From contig OZ242311.1 of NCBI GenBank assembly GCA_965207885.1, positions 4,288,001 through 4,352,000 of the forward strand: DNA of 64,000 nt. Direction: 5' to 3'. Origin of the DNA: Candidatus Latescibacterota bacterium. GTDB lineage: Bacteria; Latescibacterota; UBA2968. The notes beneath the pieces are model-generated. The model was not told where the DNA came from. It ran no database searches and saw nothing but the letters and a program-made list of their open reading frames with translations. The position numbers and the translations under genes were made by a program. This document shows, in pieces, positions 21,393 through 30,463 of this stretch (positions are counted from its first letter, which is position 1; every line of letters begins with the position of its first letter).

Positions 21393-21830
21393 TCATTCAA
21401 CCAACTTCTCACCGTCGAAAATCATTTTATCCTTTTCGTAAATCGCACCCGTTTCTTCATCCAACTCGTACTTCATCAACTGCCCCATAGACATGTGGTT
21501 AAACACCTCTTTGGGATCGCCGTATTTTTCCAGCAATTTTTCAATTGGGCCTTCAAACTCATAGGTTCGGCGTTTGGGCCGTTCGCGCGCTCTGCGCTCG
21601 GATTCTTCCTTGCTCAAAATGGGCAATCGCTCGGCGGTGGGGCCCAATCGACTCGCGTATTCCTGCCGTCTGCGGTACTGATCGTGCCGCTTTTCAACTT
21701 CGTCCTTGTCCTCTTCTCGCTCCTTGTGACTGAGCAAATCTCCTTCCCGCTCTGACCACTTTTCCCGCTCGCGCTCGCGCACATCATCGCGGCCCACTTT
21801 TCGCATAATATCTCGCAGTGAATCACTCAT
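21393..21830 (-). CDS. Hypothetical highly charged protein
   Basis: 145 aa ORF with GGAGG RBS, ends next to the terminator. Confidence 0.7.
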   Translation of the reverse strand: MSDSLRDIMRKVGRDDVREREREKWSEREGDLLSHKEREEDKDEVEKRHDQYRRRQEYASRLGPTAERLPILSKEESERRARERPKRRTYEFEGPIEKLLEKYGDPKEVFNHMSMGQLMKYELDEETGAIYEKDKMIFDGEKLVE

Positions 21831-21998
21831 CTCTCAAACCCTCCAAAGCCAGACAAATTTAAGACTATCGAGTAACCAAAAAATAACGCACCACATCCCG
21901 CTTGTCAAAAGGTAAATCCCACTTTTAAAACATCGGGGTTGACGCGGACCCTCTTTGCATACATATTGCAGCCATACACACCCTGCGAAAGGAAATAC

Positions 21999-22784
21999 AT
22001 GTCCAACTTGGAGCAACTTATCAACATCATGGCGCAATTGAGAGGGCCTGCGGGCTGCCCGTGGGACAAAGAGCAAACGCACCAGAGTCTGAAACCCTAT
22101 CTCATCGAAGAAGCCTATGAACTCCTCGAGGCGATTGACTGCAATGACGATGGCGAAATCAAAGAAGAACTGGGCGACCTCTTGCTACAAGTCGTCTTTC
22201 ACGCGCAAATCGCCAGTGAAGAAAACCGATTTACCATAGACGATGTAGCCGAAGCCATCGCCGACAAACTCATCCGTCGTCATCCGCATGTTTTTGGCGA
22301 CACACAAGCCGACACACCCGACGAAGTCATCAAAAATTGGGAAGCCATCAAAGCCGAAGAAAAACCCAACAAAAAAGCCTCCCTGCTCGACGGAGTGCCA
22401 CAACACTTGCCGGCACTATTGAAAGCGCGCAGGCTCCAGGAAAAAGCTGCACGGGTGGGATTTGAATGGGAACACATAGCGGATGTGGCTCAAAAAGTAA
22501 GGGAAGAAACAGAAGAATTGATGCACGCACGAGAAACCGGCGCAACAGAAAAAATTCAAGAAGAATTTGGTGACTTGCTATTTGCCCTGGTCAATCTCGC
22601 TCGATTTCTCCAAATATGCCCTGAAGAAGCACTCATACAAACCAACAGAAAATTTCAATCGCGCTTCCAGTACATCGAAACCGAACTGTGCAAGCAGGGC
22701 AAAACACCTGATGACGCTACGCTTGAAGAAATGGACGCGCTGTGGGAAGCCGCAAAAAAAGAGAATCAGCCCCAAAAATCGTAG
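21999..22784 (+). CDS. mazG: Nucleoside triphosphate pyrophosphohydrolase
   Basis: GCPWDKEQT, EEAYE, EELGDLL, RRHPHVF, EEFGDLLF. Confidence 0.95.
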   Translation: MSNLEQLINIMAQLRGPAGCPWDKEQTHQSLKPYLIEEAYELLEAIDCNDDGEIKEELGDLLLQVVFHAQIASEENRFTIDDVAEAIADKLIRRHPHVFGDTQADTPDEVIKNWEAIKAEEKPNKKASLLDGVPQHLPALLKARRLQEKAARVGFEWEHIADVAQKVREETEELMHARETGATEKIQEEFGDLLFALVNLARFLQICPEEALIQTNRKFQSRFQYIETELCKQGKTPDDATLEEMDALWEAAKKENQPQKS

Positions 22785-23278
22785 TGTGCAGACAATTCTA
22801 AAACGGGAATAGGAGCCGATTCCCAATCGTCAATCCAGCAAATAATGCTATCACATGCCATATAATCGAGATTTTCGCGCTCGAAATCACTGCTGCGCAA
22901 CACGGCGTGCGCTCGAACCGGCAATTCATTACTCGACAAAATATAATTGGGAAAAGCCTCCTGGGATTTGAGCACCTCAAATCCCAACTTGTCGTAAACC
23001 CGAATAAACAACTCGCGGACATTGGTCGCATTTCGCACAGCCGGATACGTCAAAAGTAGTTCTTGCTTAACAGGAGCCAGTTGTTTTTCAATAACATCAA
23101 GCGTACTCTGAGGAACCGTAACCGACTTTGCATTTTTGCGCTCCAATTCGGCTTCGACCCGCTTGAGAGCCAATTCTGCGACCTCTTTGGAATCGCTAAT
23201 TGACTTCCGCACGCGCTTGCCCTCTTCATCGTAATACCCGATCCACCACTTCTTTCCCCGCTGATAAAGCCACGCCAT
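22766..23278 (-). CDS. Integrase arm-type DNA-binding domain fused to degenerate PD-(D/E)xK-like nuclease domain
   Basis: N-term LYQRGKKWWIGYYDEEGKRVRKS; C-term LGFEV...FPN...CDSIICW.DDW...VLEL. Confidence 0.6.
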   Translation of the reverse strand: MAWLYQRGKKWWIGYYDEEGKRVRKSISDSKEVAELALKRVEAELERKNAKSVTVPQSTLDVIEKQLAPVKQELLLTYPAVRNATNVRELFIRVYDKLGFEVLKSQEAFPNYILSSNELPVRAHAVLRSSDFERENLDYMACDSIICWIDDWESAPIPVLELSAHYDFWG

Positions 23279-23531
23279 AGTTGTGCTCCCGCTGCAAAAC
23301 GTCAGTGTGTCTTATAGATAGCCACAAAAAATGAGAAAAACAATTTACTGCTGATATTATACAATATATTGTATATCGCTCTCAAAACAAAGCACAATAT
23401 ATAAAACAAAATGTGGCTAATAGCCACAAAACGTCCATCAAATAATAATCTAAGCCACACTTTTACGCAACAAAAAGAACACACCCCAGCATCAAAAATG
23501 CTGGAGTGTTCTTATAAGCTGACGATATCCC

Positions 23532-23559
23532 TTGACATTTCTTTAGACAATTGTACAAT
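23532..23559 (+). promoter_or_regulatory. Sigma70 promoter with ATTGTACAAT palindrome (Phd/YefM-type operator) over -10
   Basis: TTGACA-N16-TACAAT; TGTACA core. Confidence 0.55.
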
Positions 23560-23620
23560 CGAACACTTAGACGGGCTGCAGACGCACTCGGTATCAACCT
23601 CGTTAATTTGGAGGGGTAAG

Positions 23621-23866
23621 ATGGAAGTATATACGTACTCGGAAGCCAGACAAAAACTCTCCAGCGTACTCGACAAAGCTGAGTCAGCGGGTAAGGTCCT
23701 TATACGGAGAAAAGACGGTAGGACTTATGCCCTGATGCCAGAACGTCCCACCGTGTCACCACTGGATGTTCCTTCAATTGACGCAGACATCTCTACGCAG
23801 GACGTCGTCACACTTGTCAGGCAACAGAGGGGTAGAATAAGAGGGTGGCGTCAACGCGCCCAATAA
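23621..23866 (+). CDS. Phd/YefM family antitoxin (orphan)
   Basis: YTYSEARQKLSSVLDKA...VLIRRKDG; GGAGG RBS; no adjacent PIN/Doc toxin. Confidence 0.8.
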   Translation: MEVYTYSEARQKLSSVLDKAESAGKVLIRRKDGRTYALMPERPTVSPLDVPSIDADISTQDVVTLVRQQRGRIRGWRQRAQ

Positions 23867-23960
23867 CGCACGTTTGAATTTAGCCGCGATTCAGAACCTA
23901 AAGGGGAAAACACTTTCATTTTCCTATCAGGCATTTGCTACAGTTAAATTTTTTCTTTTG

Positions 23961-23984
23961 ATATATGTCATATTTGACATATAT
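23961..23984. promoter_or_regulatory. Operator palindrome of the toxin-antitoxin operon
   Basis: ATATATGTCA-TATT-TGACATATAT, perfect 10-bp arms, 7 nt before ATG 23992. Confidence 0.75.
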
Positions 23985-23991
23985 TTCTTTT

Positions 23992-24327
23992 ATGAGTCCT
24001 CATGACAAACCTCTGGTATGGCTTCACGGACAAATCAAAACGCCTCCATTTTCTCCAGCAGCGAGAATTGAAGCAGGTTTTCTTCTGCGTAGTCTCCAAG
24101 CTGGTGAACTGCTTTCAATGCCCCAGGCCAGACCAATGCCCTCTATTGGAAGGCATTGTTACGAATTGAGAGTTCGAGATCAGAATGAGACCTGGCGAAT
24201 CATCTATCGCATTGATTCGGATGCCATCGTCATAGCAGAAGTTTTCACAAAAAGGACTCGTCAGACGCCCAAAAGAATCATTGATATTTGTAAAAGACGG
24301 CTACAACACTACGATTCGATAGGATGA
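23992..24327 (+). CDS. RelE/ParE-superfamily toxin (HigB/Gp49-like)
   Basis: KPLVWL, RPMPSIG...ELRV, WRIIYRID, VF.K.T.QTP. Confidence 0.88.
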   Translation: MSPHDKPLVWLHGQIKTPPFSPAARIEAGFLLRSLQAGELLSMPQARPMPSIGRHCYELRVRDQNETWRIIYRIDSDAIVIAEVFTKRTRQTPKRIIDICKRRLQHYDSIG

Positions 24328-24330
24328 CTC

Positions 24331-24645
24331 ATGAATACAAAAAAGAAAAAACTTCTCGAGGCTGCCGGATGGCGTGTGGGTTCAACAGACGATTTTCTGG
24401 ATCTGACCGACGAAGAAGCCGCTTACATTGATCTCAAAATCACGTTGAGCAAGAAAGTGCGTCAATGCCGTGAGCGAGAAAATTTGACCCAAACACAATT
24501 GGCCAAATATCTCAAATCCAGTCAATCTCGTGTTGCCAAAATCGAAGCGGGCGATCCCTCTGTTTCTGTAGATCTATTAATTCGATCCCTCTTCGCGCTT
24601 GGGGTCTCCAAATCCGAACTCGCCGAAATGCTCGTATCGCAATAG
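24331..24645 (+). CDS. XRE-family HTH antitoxin (HigA-like)
   Basis: LTQTQLAK.LKSSQSRVAKIEAGDPSVS; toxin-first gene order. Confidence 0.88.
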   Translation: MNTKKKKLLEAAGWRVGSTDDFLDLTDEEAAYIDLKITLSKKVRQCRERENLTQTQLAKYLKSSQSRVAKIEAGDPSVSVDLLIRSLFALGVSKSELAEMLVSQ

Positions 24646-24780
24646 ACCGGTCGCCCAGGGCCGATTCACTGGCATGATGGCCCCCGTATAGGCCCCGTAA
24701 TGATTCTATACGGCAAGCTGCGTCAATCACAGGCTTGAAACCCAAGCCCTAAAACTCTCCACCGAAGCGGGGTAACTCCA
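24646..24780 (+). mobile_element. Remnant right end of an IS3-family element
   Basis: 24755-24780 reads TGGAGTTACCCCGCTTCGGTGGAGAG on the minus strand, like IS3/IS629-type TIRs; degraded transposase-like tail before it. Confidence 0.45.
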
Positions 24781-25110
24781 GTTTGCGTGCCGAACACGAC
24801 GCTTATTTACCGAAAGCATCGACAAACAGCAGAAAATCGCCAATCCCTATTGTGCCATCCCCATCCAGATCAAACCGCGCATCATATCCCGCATCGCCAC
24901 GACTTAATCCGAACCGGGTTGCAAACAGCAGAAAATCGCTAATGCCAACTGTCCCATCGCCATCAAAATCAGCCACTGGCGACTCCTCCGGAACACCAGT
25001 GACCACAGCATCGATGCCCACATCTGCCACTGTTAGAGGACCTCCGCCTTTCTCCTGAACTGGAAACTCTACGCAACCAATCGTCTTTCGCTCTCCGCGA
25101 GAATTTCCTA

Positions 25111-26047
25111 GGTAGTGTCTGAAAAGTCGTAAAGTATGTATTTTAGTTGCAGCATACGCCCTAAACCAAGGAGTATGATATGCAACGGAGATATGAACTG
25201 CGCGACGAGGCTTGGCATCTGATCCAAGACCTGTTCCCACCGCCGAAGAAGATGGGTCGTCCCCGTCGGGATGATCGTACATTATTCAACGGGATCTTCT
25301 GGATATTGTGTTCAGGTGCAGCTTGGCGCGACCTGCCAGAACGATATGGTCCTTGGCAGACAGCCTTTGACCGATTCTGCAAATGGAAACAGGATGGCAC
25401 CTTTGATCGCATTGTAGAAAAGCTACATCTCAAATTGGGTGAAGATGGTCTTTTAGATTATGCGACCTGGATGATGGATGCAACCCATATTCGAGCCACA
25501 CAAGCCGCGGCAGGAGCGAAAAAAAAAGGGCAAAAAGGGTGAAGAAGAGCCCCCAGATCACGCTTTAGGACGCTCTCGTGGCGGTTTGACCACGAAAATC
25601 CATCTTCTTTGCGATGCAGTCGGGCATCCTTTAGCAGTGGATCTTCTCCCTGGTAACCAGTCAGAATCCACACAGGCTGAAAGGCTACTGTCAAAGGTAT
25701 GCATACCCACCAAACGAGGGCGTCCAAGAAACCGACCCAAGTATCTGGTAGCTGATAAATCTTATGATGTCTCACGCATCAGAGTCTATCTACGCAAACG
25801 GGGTATCAAGGCTGCTATCCCAAACAAGGCGATTCCCAAAGGCAGAAAACGGCGTAAGAGAGGACCACGGCCTAAGTGTGATAAAAGATTATATGCCAAA
25901 CGCAATATCGTGGAGCGTCTCTTTGGTTGGCTTAAACACTGCCGACGGATTGTGACCCGATTTGAAAAAAAGGCGACTCATTTTCTCACTATGGTCAAGC
26001 TGGCCTGTATCAGACAACTCTTCAAAGCTTACTTTTCAGACACTACC
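25111..26047 (+). mobile_element. IS5-family insertion sequence (IS427-like), 937 bp
   Basis: Perfect 17-bp TIRs GGTAGTGTCTGAAAAGT / ACTTTTCAGACACTACC; TA target duplication; the empty site is visible in the paralog near 30770. Confidence 0.95.
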
Positions 26048-26050
26048 TAA
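25180..26050 (+). CDS. IS5-family DDE transposase in two frames joined at an A9 run (25519-25527)
   Basis: OrfA: GRPRRDDR, WRDLPERYGPW, MDATHIRA; OrfB: GRSRGGLTTKIH, ADKSYD, RNIVERLFGWLK. Confidence 0.9.
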
Positions 26051-28423
26051 GATATCGGTTGTTATATCTGGATAATACCCCTCTGCATTGCCAATCAGAC
26101 CACTGGATTCTCCCGGAGCAACAACCCCATTGGGCAGATAATCCACATCGATCCGCTCAACCTTTATCCCATCCCGATCAGGCATACCCAACTCGCCATC
26201 GGTGATATTCCCTTCCCAGGTGAAATTGACTGGCTCATCGTCCTGCACGAGTTCCACAGTCCTCTCAGATCTCTCCATCACAAAAGCATTATTCGCAATT
26301 ACACAATCCTTAGGTGCTATACCGTTGGGATACAGTCTGTGATTACGCCCTACAACCATCGCCGGACTACATCCCATAAATGTATTAAACGCGATCAGCG
26401 CGCGCTCCACCTGCACATAGTGCTTATCCATCGTCCCATCCCTTATACACACACCAAACGCATTGAGCGAGCGGAACAGATTGTTGACAACAACCTGATC
26501 CGTTCCCTGCAAGCACACACCGCCAGCACGTAGTTCACCCTCACCAAAAAAGAAATTCTCAGACACCACATTGCCATGCCCACTCCGAAGCGTCAGCGCC
26601 CCCCGGCAATCGCGAAACGTATTTCTACGGAGAATATTGCCATTGGACTTCACAGAAATGATCTCCGACTCACCGTTACAACGCTCGAAGAGATTGTACT
26701 CAATCACTGTCTCACAATCGCCCGGCTCAGGATCTTTAGGAGCACCCTCTGTAATCAGCTGAATCGTCTCGTACCCATTGTCTCCCCTGCCCTCTGGAAT
26801 ATCGACGAAGTGGTTATGATGGATGTGATGCCTCTCACCCTGATTGAAAACCTCAAACTGAATCAACTGGCAACCACTCATCTCAACGAGATTATTGGTC
26901 TTATTCTCAAATCGGCAACGCTCAATCTCCCGGCTCAGTGCACTGACGCGTATCCACTTGCCAACCTGAACATCGGTCATCACGCAGCGACTTATGCGAC
27001 AACCTCGACCGCGAATTTTTATGCTGCCCTTCTCCTCAAAGCGAAGACCTACGAGATTAATGTAATCTCCCTTTATTGATATGGGACCCTGTATAACGGC
27101 TTTCCCGATGTTTTTTGCCTGAATTGTGATGGGATGAGTAGTGGTACCCTTTGCTACCAACTCGCACACATCGCCATCATATACTCCGTCATCTAAGGTG
27201 ATTGTGTCGCCCGCCCGCGCGTCAGATACCCGGTGTTTAAGATCGGATAATGTCATAATTCCCGTGCGAAAGGTCAACGGTGGCACCGACGCATGCCCTA
27301 TGAGTAATACCTCGACCGTATTTTCTTTTGATGATCCCAATGTCAAGGTTGTCTGTGCTCTACCTACGGTATTGGTAGTGTCAGTGACGGTACTGAGTGA
27401 GCCACCACCTGAGGTGACGGTAAAAGACACCGGCACACCAGCAAATGTTTTATCCCTCTGATCCTGCACTTCCACAACAAATGGGGTCGCCAAAGCCGCA
27501 CCAGGCGTGCCATCCTGCACTTGCCCAGAGACTATGACCAACCTCGTCGGCGTGCGGGAATCGAAGCTCACGCTGACTCCGCGACTCTGAAGGGCGGGAA
27601 TGTGTGTATTGAGGGAAGGATAGCTCAGAGGGTTGCCTATCAAATAGACCTCGTCGCCATTTCCCAATCCCATGTTTACTACCAATGGCGAGATGTCCAG
27701 AATGTTGTTTCTATGAAGCTCCAGCTTTGTCAGACCAGTTAAGTTAGAAAGCGGAGACGCATCCGAAATACTGTTGCCTCGTAGCTTTAGATGGATCAGA
27801 TGGATTAAGCCCGAAAGGTGCGAAAGATCTGACATACTGTTCCGGCTAATATCCAGAAATGTCAGACGGGTTAAGTTAGAAAGCGGAGACGCATCCGAGA
27901 TTGAGTTGCGCTCAAGATCCAGAGATGTCAGACGGGTTAAGTTGGAAAGCGGAGATACGTTCGAGATCGAGTTGCTCTGGATATCCAGCAATGTCAAGCG
28001 AGTTAAGTTAGAAAGTGGAGATACATCCGAAATACTGTTGCCTGCAAGTTTTAGCTTTGTCAGGCTGGTTAAGCCCGACAGTGGCGAGAGGTTGAAGATG
28101 TCGTTGCTGTTGATATAATGACCACCCTCTCCCCACTCGCCACCGAGATAAAGATGGGTCAATCCGGTTGCATACTCAAGCCCGGTCAGGTTGTGGATAT
28201 TCGCATCCTGCGCGTCAATGCGCGTCAATGTCGCCATTTCCGCCCGGGTAATCGTCGCACCGCTTGCCTTGTCCAACGAGTCCTCAATGACAGCCCTCAG
28301 GTTCACATCGGGGATGGTTACGGTCTGGTTCTGCGCGCTGCTTTCGCCGCAGACGGCAAAGAAAATTAAAAGTATGGTAAAGACAGAGGATATATAACGG
28401 CAAAAAATCATAAATTTCCTCGC

Positions 28424-29236
28424 TCACTTTCTGTGGATGTCGTAGTACCGGAACCCGGCGGTGAGCCAGTAGCGATTCGCAGAGCGCAAGACCCTCGGTA
28501 AGCTGATCAACGAACCACCACGCAACACATGCCTATTGCAGTCTCCAAATATCCAGGCAGAACCATCTGTAGGTGCCCCCTCGTAATTCTCATTCCAACA
28601 ATCTTGCACCCACTCCCACACATTGCCATGCATATCGTAAACACCCCACGCATTCGCCTCGAACGATCCCACTGGCGCTGTCTGCTTATCGTCCCACTGA
28701 CTACCGCATCCATCACAATTGGCGCGGTTGACACCGATGCTGTCTCCCCAGCTATACGCTGTCTCTGTCCCTGCACGTGCCACATACTCCCACTCCGCTT
28801 CACTCAATAAACGATATGTTTTACCCGTCCTCTCAGACAACCAACGCACATAAGACTGCGCATCGTCCCAACTCACATTCACTACCGGACGATTTCCGCG
28901 GCCCCAGCTATCACTCGGAATATCCGGAATATAGTTTCCACAACCTCCTGCATCCATACAGGCATACCATTCGTCAAATGTCACCTCATATACACCCACC
29001 GCAAACTGGTAATCTATATGCACCCTATGCAGCGGCCTTTCATCAGAATGACCCCTCTCACGCGTGGGTGACCCCATCCTGAACGATCCCGATGGCACCA
29101 CCACCATCTTTGGGCATTCATCACAGTCTTGAAAAGTCTCTCCAGGTGAAGGTGCACTATTCCCGGTGTTCTGTTGTGACCATAGAGGAAGGCTCAGAAG
29201 AATTAATACACCTGTACAAATACAGTGACGATCCAT
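28424..29236 (-). CDS. Secreted FGE-sulfatase/SUMF1 (CLec-fold) domain protein, C-terminus truncated
   Basis: FQDCDECPKMVVVP.GSFRMGS, RLLSEAEWEYVARAG, DMHGNVWEW, VLRGGS; terminal GFRVAR replaced by HRK*; lacks catalytic FGE cysteines. Confidence 0.88.
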   Translation of the reverse strand: MDRHCICTGVLILLSLPLWSQQNTGNSAPSPGETFQDCDECPKMVVVPSGSFRMGSPTRERGHSDERPLHRVHIDYQFAVGVYEVTFDEWYACMDAGGCGNYIPDIPSDSWGRGNRPVVNVSWDDAQSYVRWLSERTGKTYRLLSEAEWEYVARAGTETAYSWGDSIGVNRANCDGCGSQWDDKQTAPVGSFEANAWGVYDMHGNVWEWVQDCWNENYEGAPTDGSAWIFGDCNRHVLRGGSLISLPRVLRSANRYWLTAGFRYYDIHRK

Positions 29237-29311
29237 CTTGGCTCTCCTTTCATCAATTCCCCCTGCTATAGAAGATTCTTGGCCTCTAAAAAATGTCAAG
29301 TATCACCTCTG

Positions 29312-30376
29312 CTATCTGCCCTGTATATAGGTCACTTCATATATGATGGTCCCTTCCTCATCGCGGCTGACCCATTTTCCGTGCCGCTTGCCATCCGCAA
29401 ATGGGCCTTCGGATGTGCCTCCATCATAAGAAGGAAAGCTCCAGTGACCGTGCCGCTTGCCGTTCACATAAGGGCCTTTAGCTATGTGAGTTCCCCACTC
29501 AATCTCAACCCATTGTCCGTGCTTTTTTCCGTTCACATAGGAGCCGCCCCCTGTGCGACCCTCCGGGCTACGTTCGACCCATTGTCCGTGCTTCTCGCCA
29601 TCCACGTACGGGCCTTCGAATACGATATGCCTGAACCTCCGCATTTGCTGGACCCAATGCCCGTGCCGCTTGCCGTTCACGTACGGGCCTTTCTCGTCAT
29701 TGAACTTATAAAAGTACCAATAATAGCGATAGATCCATTCTCCGTGTTTCTTACCATCCACATAAAGGCCTTGCCTTACGATCTCGTCGAGGGGCATTTC
29801 GATCCAATGTCCGTACCGTTTGCCATCCCGCAAGTATCCCATTTCTTCACCTTTGTCGGTATAGAGAGTGCCGTGAAAAATAGCAACGGTCTTGAGTGTT
29901 CCCCTTCCCTGGGCAAAACCATCGGAACACTCACCCGACCAGGCCATGATCTCACCCTCTCTGAGATTATCGTTCCAGACATAGCATTTGGGGTGATTGA
30001 TCAACTCCATCCAGCAACCCGCACCTGACGGTTTTCCTTCACACGTTCCATCAGCTTTGATAATTTCGTTGTCGAACACGTCCTCGGAATCTGCTGGCGT
30101 TTCGTCACCGTCAGCACTATGCTGCGCCTTTATATATCCCTCAACCTCACGCATCAGTTCCAGAGCTTCTTTTGTCAGCACTGCGCCGCGTTCTTTTTTT
30201 AACGCTTCGAGCTTTTTCAGCACTCTCAATGTACCCCCGTAGTCGCCTTTGCCGTACAGTTCTTTTGCCAGATTCAGATAATCGCCCCATTGGGCACGTG
30301 GCGGAAATCCGGCTGTTGCAACTGTGAAGAATCCCAACATTACTGCAATAAAAAAGTTCCTGACTACTTCACGCAT
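29312..30376 (-). CDS. Secreted MORN/YwqK-like repeat protein with TPR-like and Cys-rich modules
   Basis: Signal peptide; C.GKP.G..CWMEL.NHP.CYVWN module; about 7 GPYV(D/N)GK(R/K)HG.W repeats. Confidence 0.8.
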   Translation of the reverse strand: MREVVRNFFIAVMLGFFTVATAGFPPRAQWGDYLNLAKELYGKGDYGGTLRVLKKLEALKKERGAVLTKEALELMREVEGYIKAQHSADGDETPADSEDVFDNEIIKADGTCEGKPSGAGCWMELINHPKCYVWNDNLREGEIMAWSGECSDGFAQGRGTLKTVAIFHGTLYTDKGEEMGYLRDGKRYGHWIEMPLDEIVRQGLYVDGKKHGEWIYRYYWYFYKFNDEKGPYVNGKRHGHWVQQMRRFRHIVFEGPYVDGEKHGQWVERSPEGRTGGGSYVNGKKHGQWVEIEWGTHIAKGPYVNGKRHGHWSFPSYDGGTSEGPFADGKRHGKWVSRDEEGTIIYEVTYIQGR

Positions 30377-30463
30377 GGTGTGTCTCCTTAAATCGTGCCT
30401 TATTTAACATGCGATTACTTTAAGAGGCCCCGTGCTGAGTAGATTGCGTGCCGAACACGACGC

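Larger units (their letters stand above)
24803..28411 (-). pseudogene. Secreted LRR + Ig-like + PL6/chondroitinase-B-like beta-helix + dockerin/EF-hand-like protein, copy 1, IS-interrupted
   Basis: IPDVNLR cap, L..L.L..NSISD.SPLS repeats, NGYETIQ, GESEIISVKS, LTLRSGHGN; C-terminal DFDGDGTVGISDFLLF repeats (24803-25110) cut off by the IS. Confidence 0.85.

Noticed and set aside
23560-23910. Integron-cassette-like ends around the Phd gene (CTTAGAC before, GCCCAAT after)
   Set aside because: Both core sites deviate from GTTRRRY/RYYYAAC, no attC hairpin can be folded, and there is no IntI
28424-29236. FGE gene as the sulfatase-maturing enzyme for the two sulfatases
   Set aside because: Lacks the catalytic Cys pair after RGGS; it is the non-catalytic CLec-type domain
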